Assembly (NCBI GenBank): GCA_023265515.1
Contig: JAHFSZ010000002.1
Location: 8,358 to 72,357, forward strand
Origin: Verrucomicrobiota bacterium
GTDB taxonomy: Bacteria; Verrucomicrobiota; Verrucomicrobiia; JABWAM01; JAHFSZ01
Reading direction: 5' to 3'
DNA length: 64,000 bases
The position numbers were made by a program, and so were the translations under genes. The notes under the pieces were generated by a model, which had not been told where the DNA came from, ran no database searches, and was given only the letters and a program-made list of their open reading frames with translations. Position 1 is the stretch's first letter. Each line of letters begins with the position of its first letter. Positions 54,203-63,881 of the stretch are shown here, piece by piece.

Positions 54203-57200
54203 TTAATGAGGCGGCCCTTCGTAGGTCATCAGGTAGTCGCGTACCGCCTCGATTTGGGTTTGGACATTGCCATCCAAAACGTTCGTGAACGGACTGGGTC
54301 CCTGGTCCGGCCAGTTGGGCGGCATGAGGCCGAAGCCTGGCGTCACGGGGTTCGGTCTGGATGTGTCGCCTGGGTTATTGAGCCATGGGATGATCCCGTC
54401 GGGCCGCATCCGGTCCTTCACCATCATGAGATTCGGCGCCGCCTTGCCATTCTCCCGCGCCTTTTCCGGGGTCACGACCGCGTGGCAGGAAAGGCACTTG
54501 AAATCGATCAACAGCCTTTCGCCGGCCGGAACGAGAGCCTGTGAGGGATGAAATCCCGCCATGGTCGCCTTCTCAAATGGATACGGCTGCTTGTCGAGCA
54601 GGGCGAAGTACCGGATCAACGCATTCATCTGCGTATCGGTGAGATTGAATGTCGGCATCCGGGCGTTTAACCAGTAACGATACTTATGGTCCCCCGGCTG
54701 CTTGATGAAATGATAAAGCCAGTCGGGGCGGACCCTGATGCCGACGCCGGCGAGGATTGGCGGCCGCATGAACGGCTGCTCGATCTTGGCATAGATTGCC
54801 CCGCCCCGCCCCTCGACGACATGACAGCCGGCGCAGTTCAGTTCCTTGATCAACCAGCGGCCATTCTCGATTTGCCATTGGCTGTCGTCCAGATGGGCGG
54901 CCGAGGCGGGAGTCGGTTTTTCCGACGTCAGTGACATGATCGCCGTCATAATCAGGTCAATTTGTTCTTCGTTGAAATTGTACTGCGGCATCTTCAGGTA
55001 CTCCTGCGGGCGCTTCGCGGAAATCCGGTCGAAGGAGCGCGGGTTGGACAACTTCTGGTGGAGGAACCCGTAGTGGTTCTTCTCTTGCATGTGGATGAAT
55101 CCAAAATCGAACTGTGTTACCTTTTTGCCCGCCCAGTCCGAGAGCTCGATGCTCACCGGCTTTTCCGTCTCCAGGCCCCGGATCTGATGACAGCTGTAGC
55201 ATCCGTATCGGCGGACCAGTTTTTCGCCGGCAAACTGATTCTTCTCATCAGCCGACATCCCCTTGCATTTCTCCTGCGCCTCGTTCAGCGGCATTTTCGT
55301 CTGCAGGTAGTCCACCACCATGTCGTCGACGACCCCGGGTTTGACATCAGGAATCTTCTTTTCGTCGAACACATGGTTCTTATCCTGCAAGAGATAGCTC
55401 GCGATGTCGGCCGCGTCGCTGTCGGAGAGTCTGAGATTCGGCATCCGGGTCGCCTCGTGGTATTGCGACGGGTCCTTCAGCCACGCATAGAGCCAGCCCG
55501 GCGAGTATTTGCTGCCGCCGCCGCTCAGCATCGGTCCGCGGGTCCGGAACATCCTGTCCTTGGCGGGAATCTGCTCCCAAGTCTCCTTCTCGACATGGCA
55601 GCCATAACAGCCGACCTCAGCGACGAGTTTTTTGCCGTTTTCCGGGTTGCCCGGCGGCGGAGCCGGTGAATCGACCGTCGCGTCAGCCCGGTGAAAGACA
55701 AACTCCGTGATCGCATGGATTTCGGCGATATTGCGGTCCGCCCAGTCGAAGGTCTGTTTGCCGTCCTGGCTGGTGTACTTCATTCCCGCCCGGTTGTTGT
55801 CGAGCCCCCAAAACTGGGGCATGTAGGTGTTCGCACGAAACTCCTTCGGGTTGAGCAGCCACTTCTCCATCCACTCCTGGGTCACTTTGGCCGGGATCTT
55901 GGCCAGCGTCGGCGCGGCACGATCGGTCGGGACGCGGATTGGCACGGTGATGTCGCGGCCGATTTTCAGATCCTCGGGTTTGGTCAGGCCATTGGACGCG
56001 AGGATCATCTGCGGCTCGGAGCTGTAGCGGTTGGCGATCGCCTGCAAGGTCTCTCCGGCCTCCACCTTGTGCTTGGCGGTGGTCTCAAGCTGTTGAATGC
56101 GATGGCAGGCGTAGCATCCTGCCTGTTCGACGAGCCGGATCGCCTGGTTGATCTTATCGCCCGTGTTTGGCCCGTTCGTTCCCTCCGGCAAGGGCTTCTG
56201 CGGAATCCACGTCACATTCAGGTGGCACTTCAAGCAGGAGGACTCAACGAACTCCTTCGGGCGCATCGGGTCCTCCTTATGGTGTATCGGATGCCAGCCA
56301 TATTGGTCATGCCAGATGCGCGCCTGCGTCGAAGACTCCTTCTTGGCCTTTTCCACATTTTCGACCGGCGGCAGCGATGCCAGGATCCGGCTCACTTGCC
56401 CGAGATCCTGCTTCACGCGCACCAGATCGTCCTTCTTGACCGCCAGATCCGGTTGCGACGTGTCCTTGCCGGAAATTTCACGAGCGAGCTTGTCGCGCCG
56501 CTCCTCGAGCGATGTTTTCCAGGAACCGAGCGCGTCGTGCGAGGACTGGTAATTCTGCTCGAGTCCCGAAAAGGTCGACGGCTCCATCCAGCGCTTCAAA
56601 CCGTCGCAATAGACGTACTCCTTTTCGACGGGATAAAATTGCGGTGTGTGAGCCGCGCTCATAAAACCGACGCCCCGATCCCATCCGAGGTGGCAGGTGG
56701 AACATCCGAATTTCTGGACTGGATGCGGCGAATCCGGACTGAGGAAAACGTCGAGCCGCGGGTGCGAGCGCCATGGATGCGGAAGCCCGGAGTATCGGAA
56801 TCCCTGCTGGCCGGGCTCGAGGCCGTCCTTTTTCTCGATGAAGGCATGGCATGTCGAGCAGCGGTCCATCCGCGACACCTGCGTGAAATTAAGGTCGTAT
56901 TTCTGGTCTTCGGTGATCACCTGCTGGATCCTCGTGAATGGCGCCGCGAACTCCAGCATCGGAATCCGGTCGACGAGGTTGAGCCTGACATTGGTCAGCT
57001 TGTCCAATTTGCTTCCGGCCAGATCGCGTTCCTTCGTCAGTTTCCTGACTTGCTTGTCGAGATCGATTTCCGCTTCCTTTGCCTTCGCCAGCTGCGCATC
57101 AGCCGTGTCGTGGTTGGTCTTGGCGGCGTCCATCACCGCCTTCTTCTGGAGAAGCATTTCGCGCTGGCGCTTGATCTGCTCCATTTTTTTGGAGAGGAGC

Positions 57201-57622
57201 GGATCATCGGGGTTCAACTCCACCATTGCGTCATACTGCGAAACCAGCTGGTCAAGGTTGGATTTTTGCGCCTGGTATTCGCTGGTGGCAACACCCAGGG
57301 CCGTTTTAAGAAGAGACTCCGTGACCGCAAGTTGAGCAACGATTCCGTGCTCCTCATCCAGCTTCTGCCGGGTCTCCCTGAGCTGGAGCAGAAGCTGATC
57401 GATGTTCGCTTCCTGGGCCTTGGTTTCGGCGCCCTTGACGTCAAGGATCAGCTTGAGCTTCTCAAACTCCTGCGACTTGTTCTGATAGGTTTTCCATTCG
57501 CGCGTGTAATCGCGGTAAACCATCCAGACTACGGAGCCGAGCAATAGGAGAGATGTGACGACAAAAATGACGTTCAGCCGGGGTATGTTGTATTCGTGGA
57601 CGGTCTCGGGGACGTTGCGCAT
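54203..57622 (-). CDS. membrane-anchored octaheme cytochrome c subunit of a Rieske/cytb complex, with coiled coils and an inserted LysM domain
   Basis: N-terminal TM; eight CxxCH motifs (CSTCH x2, CLKCH, CYACH, CYGCH, CYSCH, CAGCH, CLSCH); LysM HKVEAGETLQAIANRY..ILASNGL..LKIGRDITVP. Confidence 0.9.
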   Translation of the reverse strand: MRNVPETVHEYNIPRLNVIFVVTSLLLLGSVVWMVYRDYTREWKTYQNKSQEFEKLKLILDVKGAETKAQEANIDQLLLQLRETRQKLDEEHGIVAQLAVTESLLKTALGVATSEYQAQKSNLDQLVSQYDAMVELNPDDPLLSKKMEQIKRQREMLLQKKAVMDAAKTNHDTADAQLAKAKEAEIDLDKQVRKLTKERDLAGSKLDKLTNVRLNLVDRIPMLEFAAPFTRIQQVITEDQKYDLNFTQVSRMDRCSTCHAFIEKKDGLEPGQQGFRYSGLPHPWRSHPRLDVFLSPDSPHPVQKFGCSTCHLGWDRGVGFMSAAHTPQFYPVEKEYVYCDGLKRWMEPSTFSGLEQNYQSSHDALGSWKTSLEERRDKLAREISGKDTSQPDLAVKKDDLVRVKQDLGQVSRILASLPPVENVEKAKKESSTQARIWHDQYGWHPIHHKEDPMRPKEFVESSCLKCHLNVTWIPQKPLPEGTNGPNTGDKINQAIRLVEQAGCYACHRIQQLETTAKHKVEAGETLQAIANRYSSEPQMILASNGLTKPEDLKIGRDITVPIRVPTDRAAPTLAKIPAKVTQEWMEKWLLNPKEFRANTYMPQFWGLDNNRAGMKYTSQDGKQTFDWADRNIAEIHAITEFVFHRADATVDSPAPPPGNPENGKKLVAEVGCYGCHVEKETWEQIPAKDRMFRTRGPMLSGGGSKYSPGWLYAWLKDPSQYHEATRMPNLRLSDSDAADIASYLLQDKNHVFDEKKIPDVKPGVVDDMVVDYLQTKMPLNEAQEKCKGMSADEKNQFAGEKLVRRYGCYSCHQIRGLETEKPVSIELSDWAGKKVTQFDFGFIHMQEKNHYGFLHQKLSNPRSFDRISAKRPQEYLKMPQYNFNEEQIDLIMTAIMSLTSEKPTPASAAHLDDSQWQIENGRWLIKELNCAGCHVVEGRGGAIYAKIEQPFMRPPILAGVGIRVRPDWLYHFIKQPGDHKYRYWLNARMPTFNLTDTQMNALIRYFALLDKQPYPFEKATMAGFHPSQALVPAGERLLIDFKCLSCHAVVTPEKARENGKAAPNLMMVKDRMRPDGIIPWLNNPGDTSRPNPVTPGFGLMPPNWPDQGPSPFTNVLDGNVQTQIEAVRDYLMTYEGPPH

Positions 57623-57634
57623 GAGAAGGGCCGA

Positions 57635-58876
57635 CTAAAAGTTGATCCAAGGGGATGCGAAGATGTATTTCAGCGCGATCGTCCACCGGAGGTACATCTT
57701 GATCGGAACGATGGCCATGACCAGAAACAGGAAGATGGCGACAGCATAGCGCCCCATGCCGAGACGTTCGTAGAAATTCTTCAGTTTTGTTTTCGCCAGG
57801 ATGACGGGCAGGACCAGGAAGTAAAAGCCAAGCAGAAGAATGCCGAGGAATTCCTTTTTCAACAGCTTTAGCCAGTTGCCGGGATCCGCGTAGTTCGGCC
57901 CGACGTCGGGAACCCCCTGCTTGAGCCAGTCGATATTCAGCGCGTTGCCAATCGGATAAAGCGTCTTGATCCAGACGAGCTCCGACAGGTTCACGTTGTT
58001 GGCGGCGACCACCTTGTGTGGATTCCATTCCTCGAATGGCCCGAAGTAGTTCCAGCCCGGCCCCCGCAAAATCGTTCCGAGCACGATCATGTAGTCCCAC
58101 ATCACGAAAAAGCCGATACAGAAGGTCAGGATCGCCAGCCGGCGGTCCTTGAAACTATAGTAGCCGTTGCCCTTCGGATTCACGTCAATGTAGGGAATCG
58201 CCATCAGACCAAATATGATGATGCTCGGCAGAACAACGCCGGCCATCCATGGATCGAAGTAAACCAGCAACTCTTGCAGTCCGAGAAAGTACCACGGCGC
58301 CTTCGACGGGTTCGGCGTGTTGCCGGGATTGGCGGGCTCCTCGAGCGGCGCAGGGATCACCAACGACCAGACCACCAGGACGACGGTCCAGATGATCATG
58401 CAGATGAATTCGATATAGACAAGGTCGGGCCAGACCCATGTCTTCTGATTGGAAGTCTCCTTCTCCTCGGGCGGCAGCATCTCCTCCATCCGGCGGTCGT
58501 TGTTGTGGGCCTGCCACATCGAAATCCAGAGGAAAAAACTGAAGAAGAAAATCATCAGGAAGATCGGCGCGTTGTCGGGCTTCAGCAGATTGTGCGCAAA
58601 GTTCTTGTCCAATAGCATGATCCCAAGCGTGAGGGTGATTCCCGTCATCGCCAGCAACGTGCCGGTCCGTGTCCAAACCGGGCGTTGGAACAGCGCCCAG
58701 ATGAACACGATCGCGAACAGCGTGAAGGAAATCTGCGGCTGTCCGAGGTAATCCAGCACGTTTTTGAGGCCGTAATGGACCGCCGCCGAGATGAAGAGGG
58801 CGGCAGCGGCGGCGAGGAACGCCTTCAGCATCCATCGCCTGTTCGCCGCACCCAGTGTGTTTGTGAGTAATCCCAT
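57635..58876 (-). CDS. cytochrome b6 subunit IV (PetD/QcrC-like) with extra TM segments
   Basis: WPDL, PAPLEEPANPGNTPNPSKAPWYFLG (PEWY-equivalent), IPYID.NP..R. Confidence 0.85.
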   Translation of the reverse strand: MGLLTNTLGAANRRWMLKAFLAAAAALFISAAVHYGLKNVLDYLGQPQISFTLFAIVFIWALFQRPVWTRTGTLLAMTGITLTLGIMLLDKNFAHNLLKPDNAPIFLMIFFFSFFLWISMWQAHNNDRRMEEMLPPEEKETSNQKTWVWPDLVYIEFICMIIWTVVLVVWSLVIPAPLEEPANPGNTPNPSKAPWYFLGLQELLVYFDPWMAGVVLPSIIIFGLMAIPYIDVNPKGNGYYSFKDRRLAILTFCIGFFVMWDYMIVLGTILRGPGWNYFGPFEEWNPHKVVAANNVNLSELVWIKTLYPIGNALNIDWLKQGVPDVGPNYADPGNWLKLLKKEFLGILLLGFYFLVLPVILAKTKLKNFYERLGMGRYAVAIFLFLVMAIVPIKMYLRWTIALKYIFASPWINF

Positions 58877-58889
58877 TGAAAGAGCGGGG

Positions 58890-59678
58890 TCACATCGGTC
58901 CACTGATACCGCCATCCTTGCGGATTCTCCAGAAGTGGACCGCCATGAAAACAATGGCGACCAGCGGCAGAAGGATGCAATGTAAAACGTAAAACCGGTT
59001 CAGTGTGATCCCGCCGATTTCCTTGGAGCCCAGCAGAAGGAATCGCGCATCGTCACTCGAATGAATCAGGGGGATGCCGCCAATCTGCAGCAACTCGGAC
59101 CCCGGCCCGCCCGCCCCCAGAAACGGCGTTGCCTTCGCCATGTTGGAGCCGACCGTGATGGCCCAGATGGCCAGCTGGTCCCAAGGCAGGAGATAGCCCG
59201 TGAAGCTCAGCAGGAACGTCAACACCAGCAGAACGACTCCGATCACCCAGTTGAACTCGCGCGGCGGCTTGTAGGAGCCGGTCATGAAGACCCGGAACAT
59301 GTGGAGCATCACCATGATCACCATCGCATGGGCGGCCCACCGGTGCATTTCGCGCATGATCCCAAACGGCACCTCCTCACGGATGTCGACCATGTCAGTA
59401 TAGGCGAAATCGACCGTCGGCCGGTAATAGAACATCAGCAAGACCCCCGTCAGGGTCAGCACAAGAAAAAGGAAAAAACTCAAACCGCCCGCGCACCAGG
59501 TGTAGCGCAACTTCACGCCGCTCGTCTTCACCTTCGTGGGATGCAGATGAAGGAAGACGTTGCCAAGCATGATCAGGACCCGCTTGCGGTCGGTGTTCGG
59601 AATGCCGACGCGGAAGATCGATTTGGTGATCTGCGACTCCTCGATGTTCTTCTTAAGATTGCGAAGTGGGTTCAGCAT
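58890..59678 (-). CDS. cytochrome b6-type (split, 4-TM) cytochrome b
   Basis: YTWCAGG (heme ci Cys), [34 protein letters not shown]. Confidence 0.92.
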   Translation of the reverse strand: MLNPLRNLKKNIEESQITKSIFRVGIPNTDRKRVLIMLGNVFLHLHPTKVKTSGVKLRYTWCAGGLSFFLFLVLTLTGVLLMFYYRPTVDFAYTDMVDIREEVPFGIMREMHRWAAHAMVIMVMLHMFRVFMTGSYKPPREFNWVIGVVLLVLTFLLSFTGYLLPWDQLAIWAITVGSNMAKATPFLGAGGPGSELLQIGGIPLIHSSDDARFLLLGSKEIGGITLNRFYVLHCILLPLVAIVFMAVHFWRIRKDGGISGPM

Positions 59679-59682
59679 AAAA

Positions 59683-60282
59683 TTAAACCGCGACGAAGGA
59701 TTCCGGATTGCTCCACTCCCCCTTTTCCTTGAAAAACATCTGGCTCTTGTCGACGGTTAATTGACCGTCGTCGGCCAGCGTGATCTTGAAACGGGGCAGC
59801 GGCGTCGGAGCAGGGCCTTCAAAATTAACGCCCGGCTCCACACCCGGCCTCGGCCCATAGAAACCGCTGCCGTGGCACGGGCATTTGAACTTCATTTCAT
59901 TCTCCGACCAGTTGGGCGTGCAGCCCAGGTGGGTGCAAACAGTCGAAATCGCCAGGATCTTTTCGGTGGTGCGGACAATCCAGACCTTCTCGGTGTTTTT
60001 GAACTGCTCGCTCACGCTGTCATTCGAATATTCATCGGGAACCCCGGCCCGAAACTTCTGGGCCTTCGTGAAATCCAGGCGCGGCGCCATGAAGGCGGCC
60101 AGTATCGCGCTCAGTCCGCCGAATGCCGCGGCGAAAATCACCCAACCCGCCGCGGCAGTGGTGATAAATTTCCTGCGGTCCAGCGGAGCCTTCCAGACCC
60201 CGTCGGCCTTGAGCTGGGCAATCGCCTGCTCGCGCTGGCTGGGTTGTTTGCCCGCATCGTTCTCTTGCTGAGCCTGAGCCAT
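59683..60282 (-). CDS. Rieske [2Fe-2S] subunit
   Basis: Tat-like DRRKFI plus TM; CTHLGC and CPCHGSGF boxes; GPAP.PL. Confidence 0.95.
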   Translation of the reverse strand: MAQAQQENDAGKQPSQREQAIAQLKADGVWKAPLDRRKFITTAAAGWVIFAAAFGGLSAILAAFMAPRLDFTKAQKFRAGVPDEYSNDSVSEQFKNTEKVWIVRTTEKILAISTVCTHLGCTPNWSENEMKFKCPCHGSGFYGPRPGVEPGVNFEGPAPTPLPRFKITLADDGQLTVDKSQMFFKEKGEWSNPESFVAV

Positions 60283-60297
60283 AGGTTCGTTTTGCTG

Positions 60298-61356
60298 CTA
60301 CTCCTGCTTGACCGGAAAATCCATCCCTTCGGCGGGGGTCCTGCGTCCCCGCAACACATCAATCGCCGCCTGCCGCACACCAAGCTGCGGATCCCTGTCT
60401 GCCACCTTTTGCAGATCGGCCCTCAAATTGTCATCCAAAAAAATGCCCAGAAGCTGAACCGCGCGGATGCGATACAATTCAATCTGCGCCTGGCTCAGCA
60501 TCGGGCCCTTCGACCCGCCGCCTCGCGCGGACTCTCTTGCCGCCACCCGCCCGACGAATTCGGGGTCCAACAGCCGCTTCAGCACGGGCACGGCCTCCCC
60601 ATGCATGATACTGCCCTGACCGTCCTTCGCCCCGCTCTCGCGCGCCAGGGAAAACGCCGCGTTCCAGTCCGCCAGCGGGTCCGGATCGTTCAACGCCCGC
60701 TTCAGTGCCTCGACCGCGCTTGTATCATCGAAGAAACCGAGCGAAAAAAGCGCTGCGTACTTTACGCCCGCATCATCGCTCTCCACACGATTGAGGATCA
60801 ATGGCACTGCCCGCGCCTCGCGCATCTTGCCGAGCGCGATCATTACAAAAATATCCTGCTCGGCTGGACCGCCCTGCTTCAGCGTTTCCAACAATGTAAC
60901 CGACGCCTCCGGCCCGCCGACCAGTGAGAGGACTTGTGAGACATACTGCACAACCTTCGGATCGCGCCCCCGCGCTTCGTTGAACAACTCGATCAGCTTC
61001 GGGACAAACTCCGGATTTTCCCCGAGAAACTTCTCACGATCGAAACGAAGCCGGTCGTTGAGATCGCTCAGACTCTGCCAGCGCTTTGCTTCCTGGATGT
61101 AGTTCAGAAGCGCGAAGGCGGCCTCCTGCCGGCTCGATGCGGATTTCGCGCTGAGCGCACCCAGGTAATCGTTGACGTCACGGCGCTCAAACGTCAGCCA
61201 CCGGAAAATAAAATACAGGCCGACGCAGAACAAGACAATCAACAGCGGGATGACAAAGAACTGAAGGGCAAGGACGACCAGCGGGGATCTCTCCCCGCTC
61301 GGTTCCTCACCCCTGAAAACTGTTTTCGGCGGCAACGGAGACGGAATTTCAGCCAT
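60298..61356 (-). CDS. membrane-anchored HEAT-repeat protein
   Basis: One N-terminal TM; HEAT-like repeats (ALGKM..RAVP.I; AALFSLG..AVEAL..ALND.D..NAAFSLA; VRQAA). Confidence 0.8.
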   Translation of the reverse strand: MAEIPSPLPPKTVFRGEEPSGERSPLVVLALQFFVIPLLIVLFCVGLYFIFRWLTFERRDVNDYLGALSAKSASSRQEAAFALLNYIQEAKRWQSLSDLNDRLRFDREKFLGENPEFVPKLIELFNEARGRDPKVVQYVSQVLSLVGGPEASVTLLETLKQGGPAEQDIFVMIALGKMREARAVPLILNRVESDDAGVKYAALFSLGFFDDTSAVEALKRALNDPDPLADWNAAFSLARESGAKDGQGSIMHGEAVPVLKRLLDPEFVGRVAARESARGGGSKGPMLSQAQIELYRIRAVQLLGIFLDDNLRADLQKVADRDPQLGVRQAAIDVLRGRRTPAEGMDFPVKQE

Positions 61357-61374
61357 GGCACGCGCCCAACGGCC

Positions 61375-61884
61375 TTACGCCGCCTCTTCGTGTGCCGCGC
61401 TCGGACGCTGCTGCGGCGTCACGGCATCGTATTTGATTTGCTGCGGCAGCATCGCCGCGAGGTTCGTCACCGGATTCGGCACCCAGATGGCGTCCTTGTC
61501 GCAAACAATTTCGCAAAGCCGGCAGCTGACACACGTCTTTTCGTTGACCACGGCCACCTTGAAATGCAAATCGGGATTGCGCGGATCAGGTTCCAGCGTA
61601 ATGCAATCAAAGGGGCAGATGTCCACGCAGTACTCGCAAGCAGTGCAATTATCAGGATCGACGACCGCCCTGGGGATCTCCTTGAGTGGGACACGCTGGA
61701 CCAGCTCCCCCTTTTCATTTTGAATGCACGAAACCGGGCAGAAAATCGCGCAGACGCCGCACTCGATGCAACCTCCGGGATGGATTTGAAAGACTTCCTT
61801 TTTGGCGCCGCTGATGGTGTCCGTCGGGCATTTTTGCTCGCAGATGCCGCAGCTGATGCATGTATCGGTAATGAAATACGCCAT
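61375..61884 (-). CDS. polyferredoxin, 4x[4Fe-4S]
   Basis: CISCGICEQKCP, CIECGVCAIFCP, CTACEYCVDICP, CVSCRLCEIVC; start MAYFIT. Confidence 0.9.
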   Translation of the reverse strand: MAYFITDTCISCGICEQKCPTDTISGAKKEVFQIHPGGCIECGVCAIFCPVSCIQNEKGELVQRVPLKEIPRAVVDPDNCTACEYCVDICPFDCITLEPDPRNPDLHFKVAVVNEKTCVSCRLCEIVCDKDAIWVPNPVTNLAAMLPQQIKYDAVTPQQRPSAAHEEAA

Positions 61885-61943
61885 AATATGGATTGTTCCG
61901 GGGAATTCAACATAACCACAGCGTTCTGAGAGGCGCAATCCCT

Positions 61944-61961
61944 TTGTGAAATGTTTCACAA
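61944..61961. promoter_or_regulatory. perfect TTGTGAA-N4-TTCACAA operator (Rex consensus; also fits CRP TGTGA-N6-TCACA)
   Basis: TTGTGAAATGTTTCACAA, just upstream of a candidate promoter TTGCGC-18-TATGTT (61938-61909, minus strand) heading the respiratory operon. Confidence 0.75.
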
Positions 61962-62026
61962 GCGACTGCGGCGCTTACTGTTTGGTCAAATCAACCGAAA
62001 CGGAAATGGGCGTCCAGGCCGACGGG

Positions 62027-63880
62027 TTAGGAGCGCATTTTCTTGAGGGCGTGTTCCAGATTCCAGCCGGTTTTTTTCAGCGCCGCCCACGCCTCCTCGT
62101 AGGAAAAACCGGTCAACTCCTTCATGATCCGGGTCATCCGATCCTGCAATTTCTCGCACGAGGGTTGCAGGTCGGTCATCAGATTGTCCTTCACTTTCCC
62201 GAGGCGGATCATCGAGATCGTCGTCAACATGTTCAACATCAGTTTCGTCGCCGTTCCTGCCTTCAGTCTTGTTGAGCCCGCCACCACCTCGGGCCCCGTG
62301 TCCACCAGCAACGTGAGAAAGCGGTTGTTGCCCTTGAACTCCACAGGCGCCGCCGGATTGCATGTCAAGAGGATGCTCCTCGCCCCCGCGCTCAGCGCTG
62401 CCTGCAGCGCTCCGATGACAAACGGGGTCGATCCCGAAGCGGTGATGCCGACAACGACGTCCTTGCGGCCGACATGCCGGTTCCGAATGGATTCGGCTCC
62501 GTACACCCCATCATCTTCCGCGGTTTCGATCGCCTGGTAGAGCGCGCGAAAACCTCCCGCGATGATTCCCTGCACCATCGAGGGAGGCGTGCCGAAGGTC
62601 GGCGGGCACTCCGCCGCATCGAGCACACCGAGCCGTCCGCTCGTGCCGGCACCCACGTAAAAGAGCCTTCCGCCTGCCCGCAAAGCGGACGTGATCCACT
62701 GGATCGCCCGGTCGATGGATTCGCTGCGTTGCAAAATCTGCGGGATCACGGTCTTTTCCTCGGACATCATTAAATCGATGATTTCCTTGATCGACGCCTT
62801 TTCGAGATGGCGCGCACGGGGATTCGGTTGCTCGGTGGGTGAATGAGCAAGGTTGCGCGATTCAATCGAGCCCCGGTAAAGATCGCCCCGGTCGCGCGGC
62901 GGCTTGATCCATCGATAAAGTTTCGTAGCGGGTTTAGCTTCGATGAACCGCGAGCGGCAAAGCAACGCGGCGCCGTAAGCTCCCTCCTCGCGGCTCACGT
63001 TGACCCGAGCGTGCGGCAGTTTCATGAGGATCGCCTCCCGAAGTTTGAGCACATAGTAGGGCTGCCCCGCGGCGAGACCTCCGGTAAGCACCACGCGAGG
63101 CGTCTTGAGCTGGACCAGCTCCGCAGCCCGCACGACCTGCTGTGACAGCCGGAATGTTCCCTCCCGGATCACGTCCCGCGAAAGCTCCTTGTGCTTGAAG
63201 ACCAGCGGCGCAAGGCTGGCGATGTCCTCCTTGGAGGCCGCAAGCGTCCAGGTCACCAGTTCTTCCATGGTGTTGAGGCTGAGCTGGCGCAGCACGTCGC
63301 GGCCGAAGACGCTTGTCTGCCGGTCCTCGTCATACTCCAGAAATGTTCGTTGCAACATCAGCCTGGCCAGATCATAACCGCCGCCGACATCCCCCACGAC
63401 ATGGCCCCATCCGCCGAGCTTGCAGGCACGCGATCCGTTCCGCGCCAGCACGTTGGACCCGGTGCCGCAGATCACCATCACACCGGGCTTGTCCCCCAAA
63501 GCCGCCGCAAACCCCGAATCGGTGTCCCTGCCAACCAGGTGCCTCGACTCCGGCCAGACCTTTTGGGCAAGCCGCTTGACACGGGCCTCATCGCTCGGAG
63601 ACACACACCCGGCCACGAACATGCCGATGAATGATGATGCCGGCCGTTTCAAGCGCTCGCGGATTCCCTCCCAAAGATGGACGATCTGCCGGTCGTCCAG
63701 GAGCTTGATGTTGCAGGGCAAGGTCTTGATCCGTTGAACCACTCGCCCGCCACCATCGATCAAAATCGCAACCGTCTTGGTCGAGCCGCCCTCAATACCG
63801 CAGTAGAAGCATTTTTTCGAATTTCGAATTTCGAATTTCGAATGTCGATTTTTTGGAGTAGGCCGCATCCGAATCGCCAT
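62027..63880 (-). CDS. murQ: BadF-type GlcNAc/MurNAc kinase fused to N-acetylmuramic acid 6-phosphate etherase
   Basis: Kinase motifs GIEGGSTKT, ICGTGS, GGWG..GD.GGGY; MurQ motifs TEQPN, YVGAGTSGRLG, DAAECPPTF, EDD, GITASG.TP, GPEVVAGSTRLKAGTA. Confidence 0.92.
   Translation of the reverse strand: MAIRMRPTPKNRHSKFEIRNSKKCFYCGIEGGSTKTVAILIDGGGRVVQRIKTLPCNIKLLDDRQIVHLWEGIRERLKRPASSFIGMFVAGCVSPSDEARVKRLAQKVWPESRHLVGRDTDSGFAAALGDKPGVMVICGTGSNVLARNGSRACKLGGWGHVVGDVGGGYDLARLMLQRTFLEYDEDRQTSVFGRDVLRQLSLNTMEELVTWTLAASKEDIASLAPLVFKHKELSRDVIREGTFRLSQQVVRAAELVQLKTPRVVLTGGLAAGQPYYVLKLREAILMKLPHARVNVSREEGAYGAALLCRSRFIEAKPATKLYRWIKPPRDRGDLYRGSIESRNLAHSPTEQPNPRARHLEKASIKEIIDLMMSEEKTVIPQILQRSESIDRAIQWITSALRAGGRLFYVGAGTSGRLGVLDAAECPPTFGTPPSMVQGIIAGGFRALYQAIETAEDDGVYGAESIRNRHVGRKDVVVGITASGSTPFVIGALQAALSAGARSILLTCNPAAPVEFKGNNRFLTLLVDTGPEVVAGSTRLKAGTATKLMLNMLTTISMIRLGKVKDNLMTDLQPSCEKLQDRMTRIMKELTGFSYEEAWAALKKTGWNLEHALKKMRS
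63815..63842. repeat. perfect heptamer array (TTTCGAA)x4 inside the N-terminus of the kinase-MurQ ORF
   Basis: Four exact copies; translated on the minus strand as SKFEIRNSK. Confidence 0.8.
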
Positions 63881-63881
63881 T

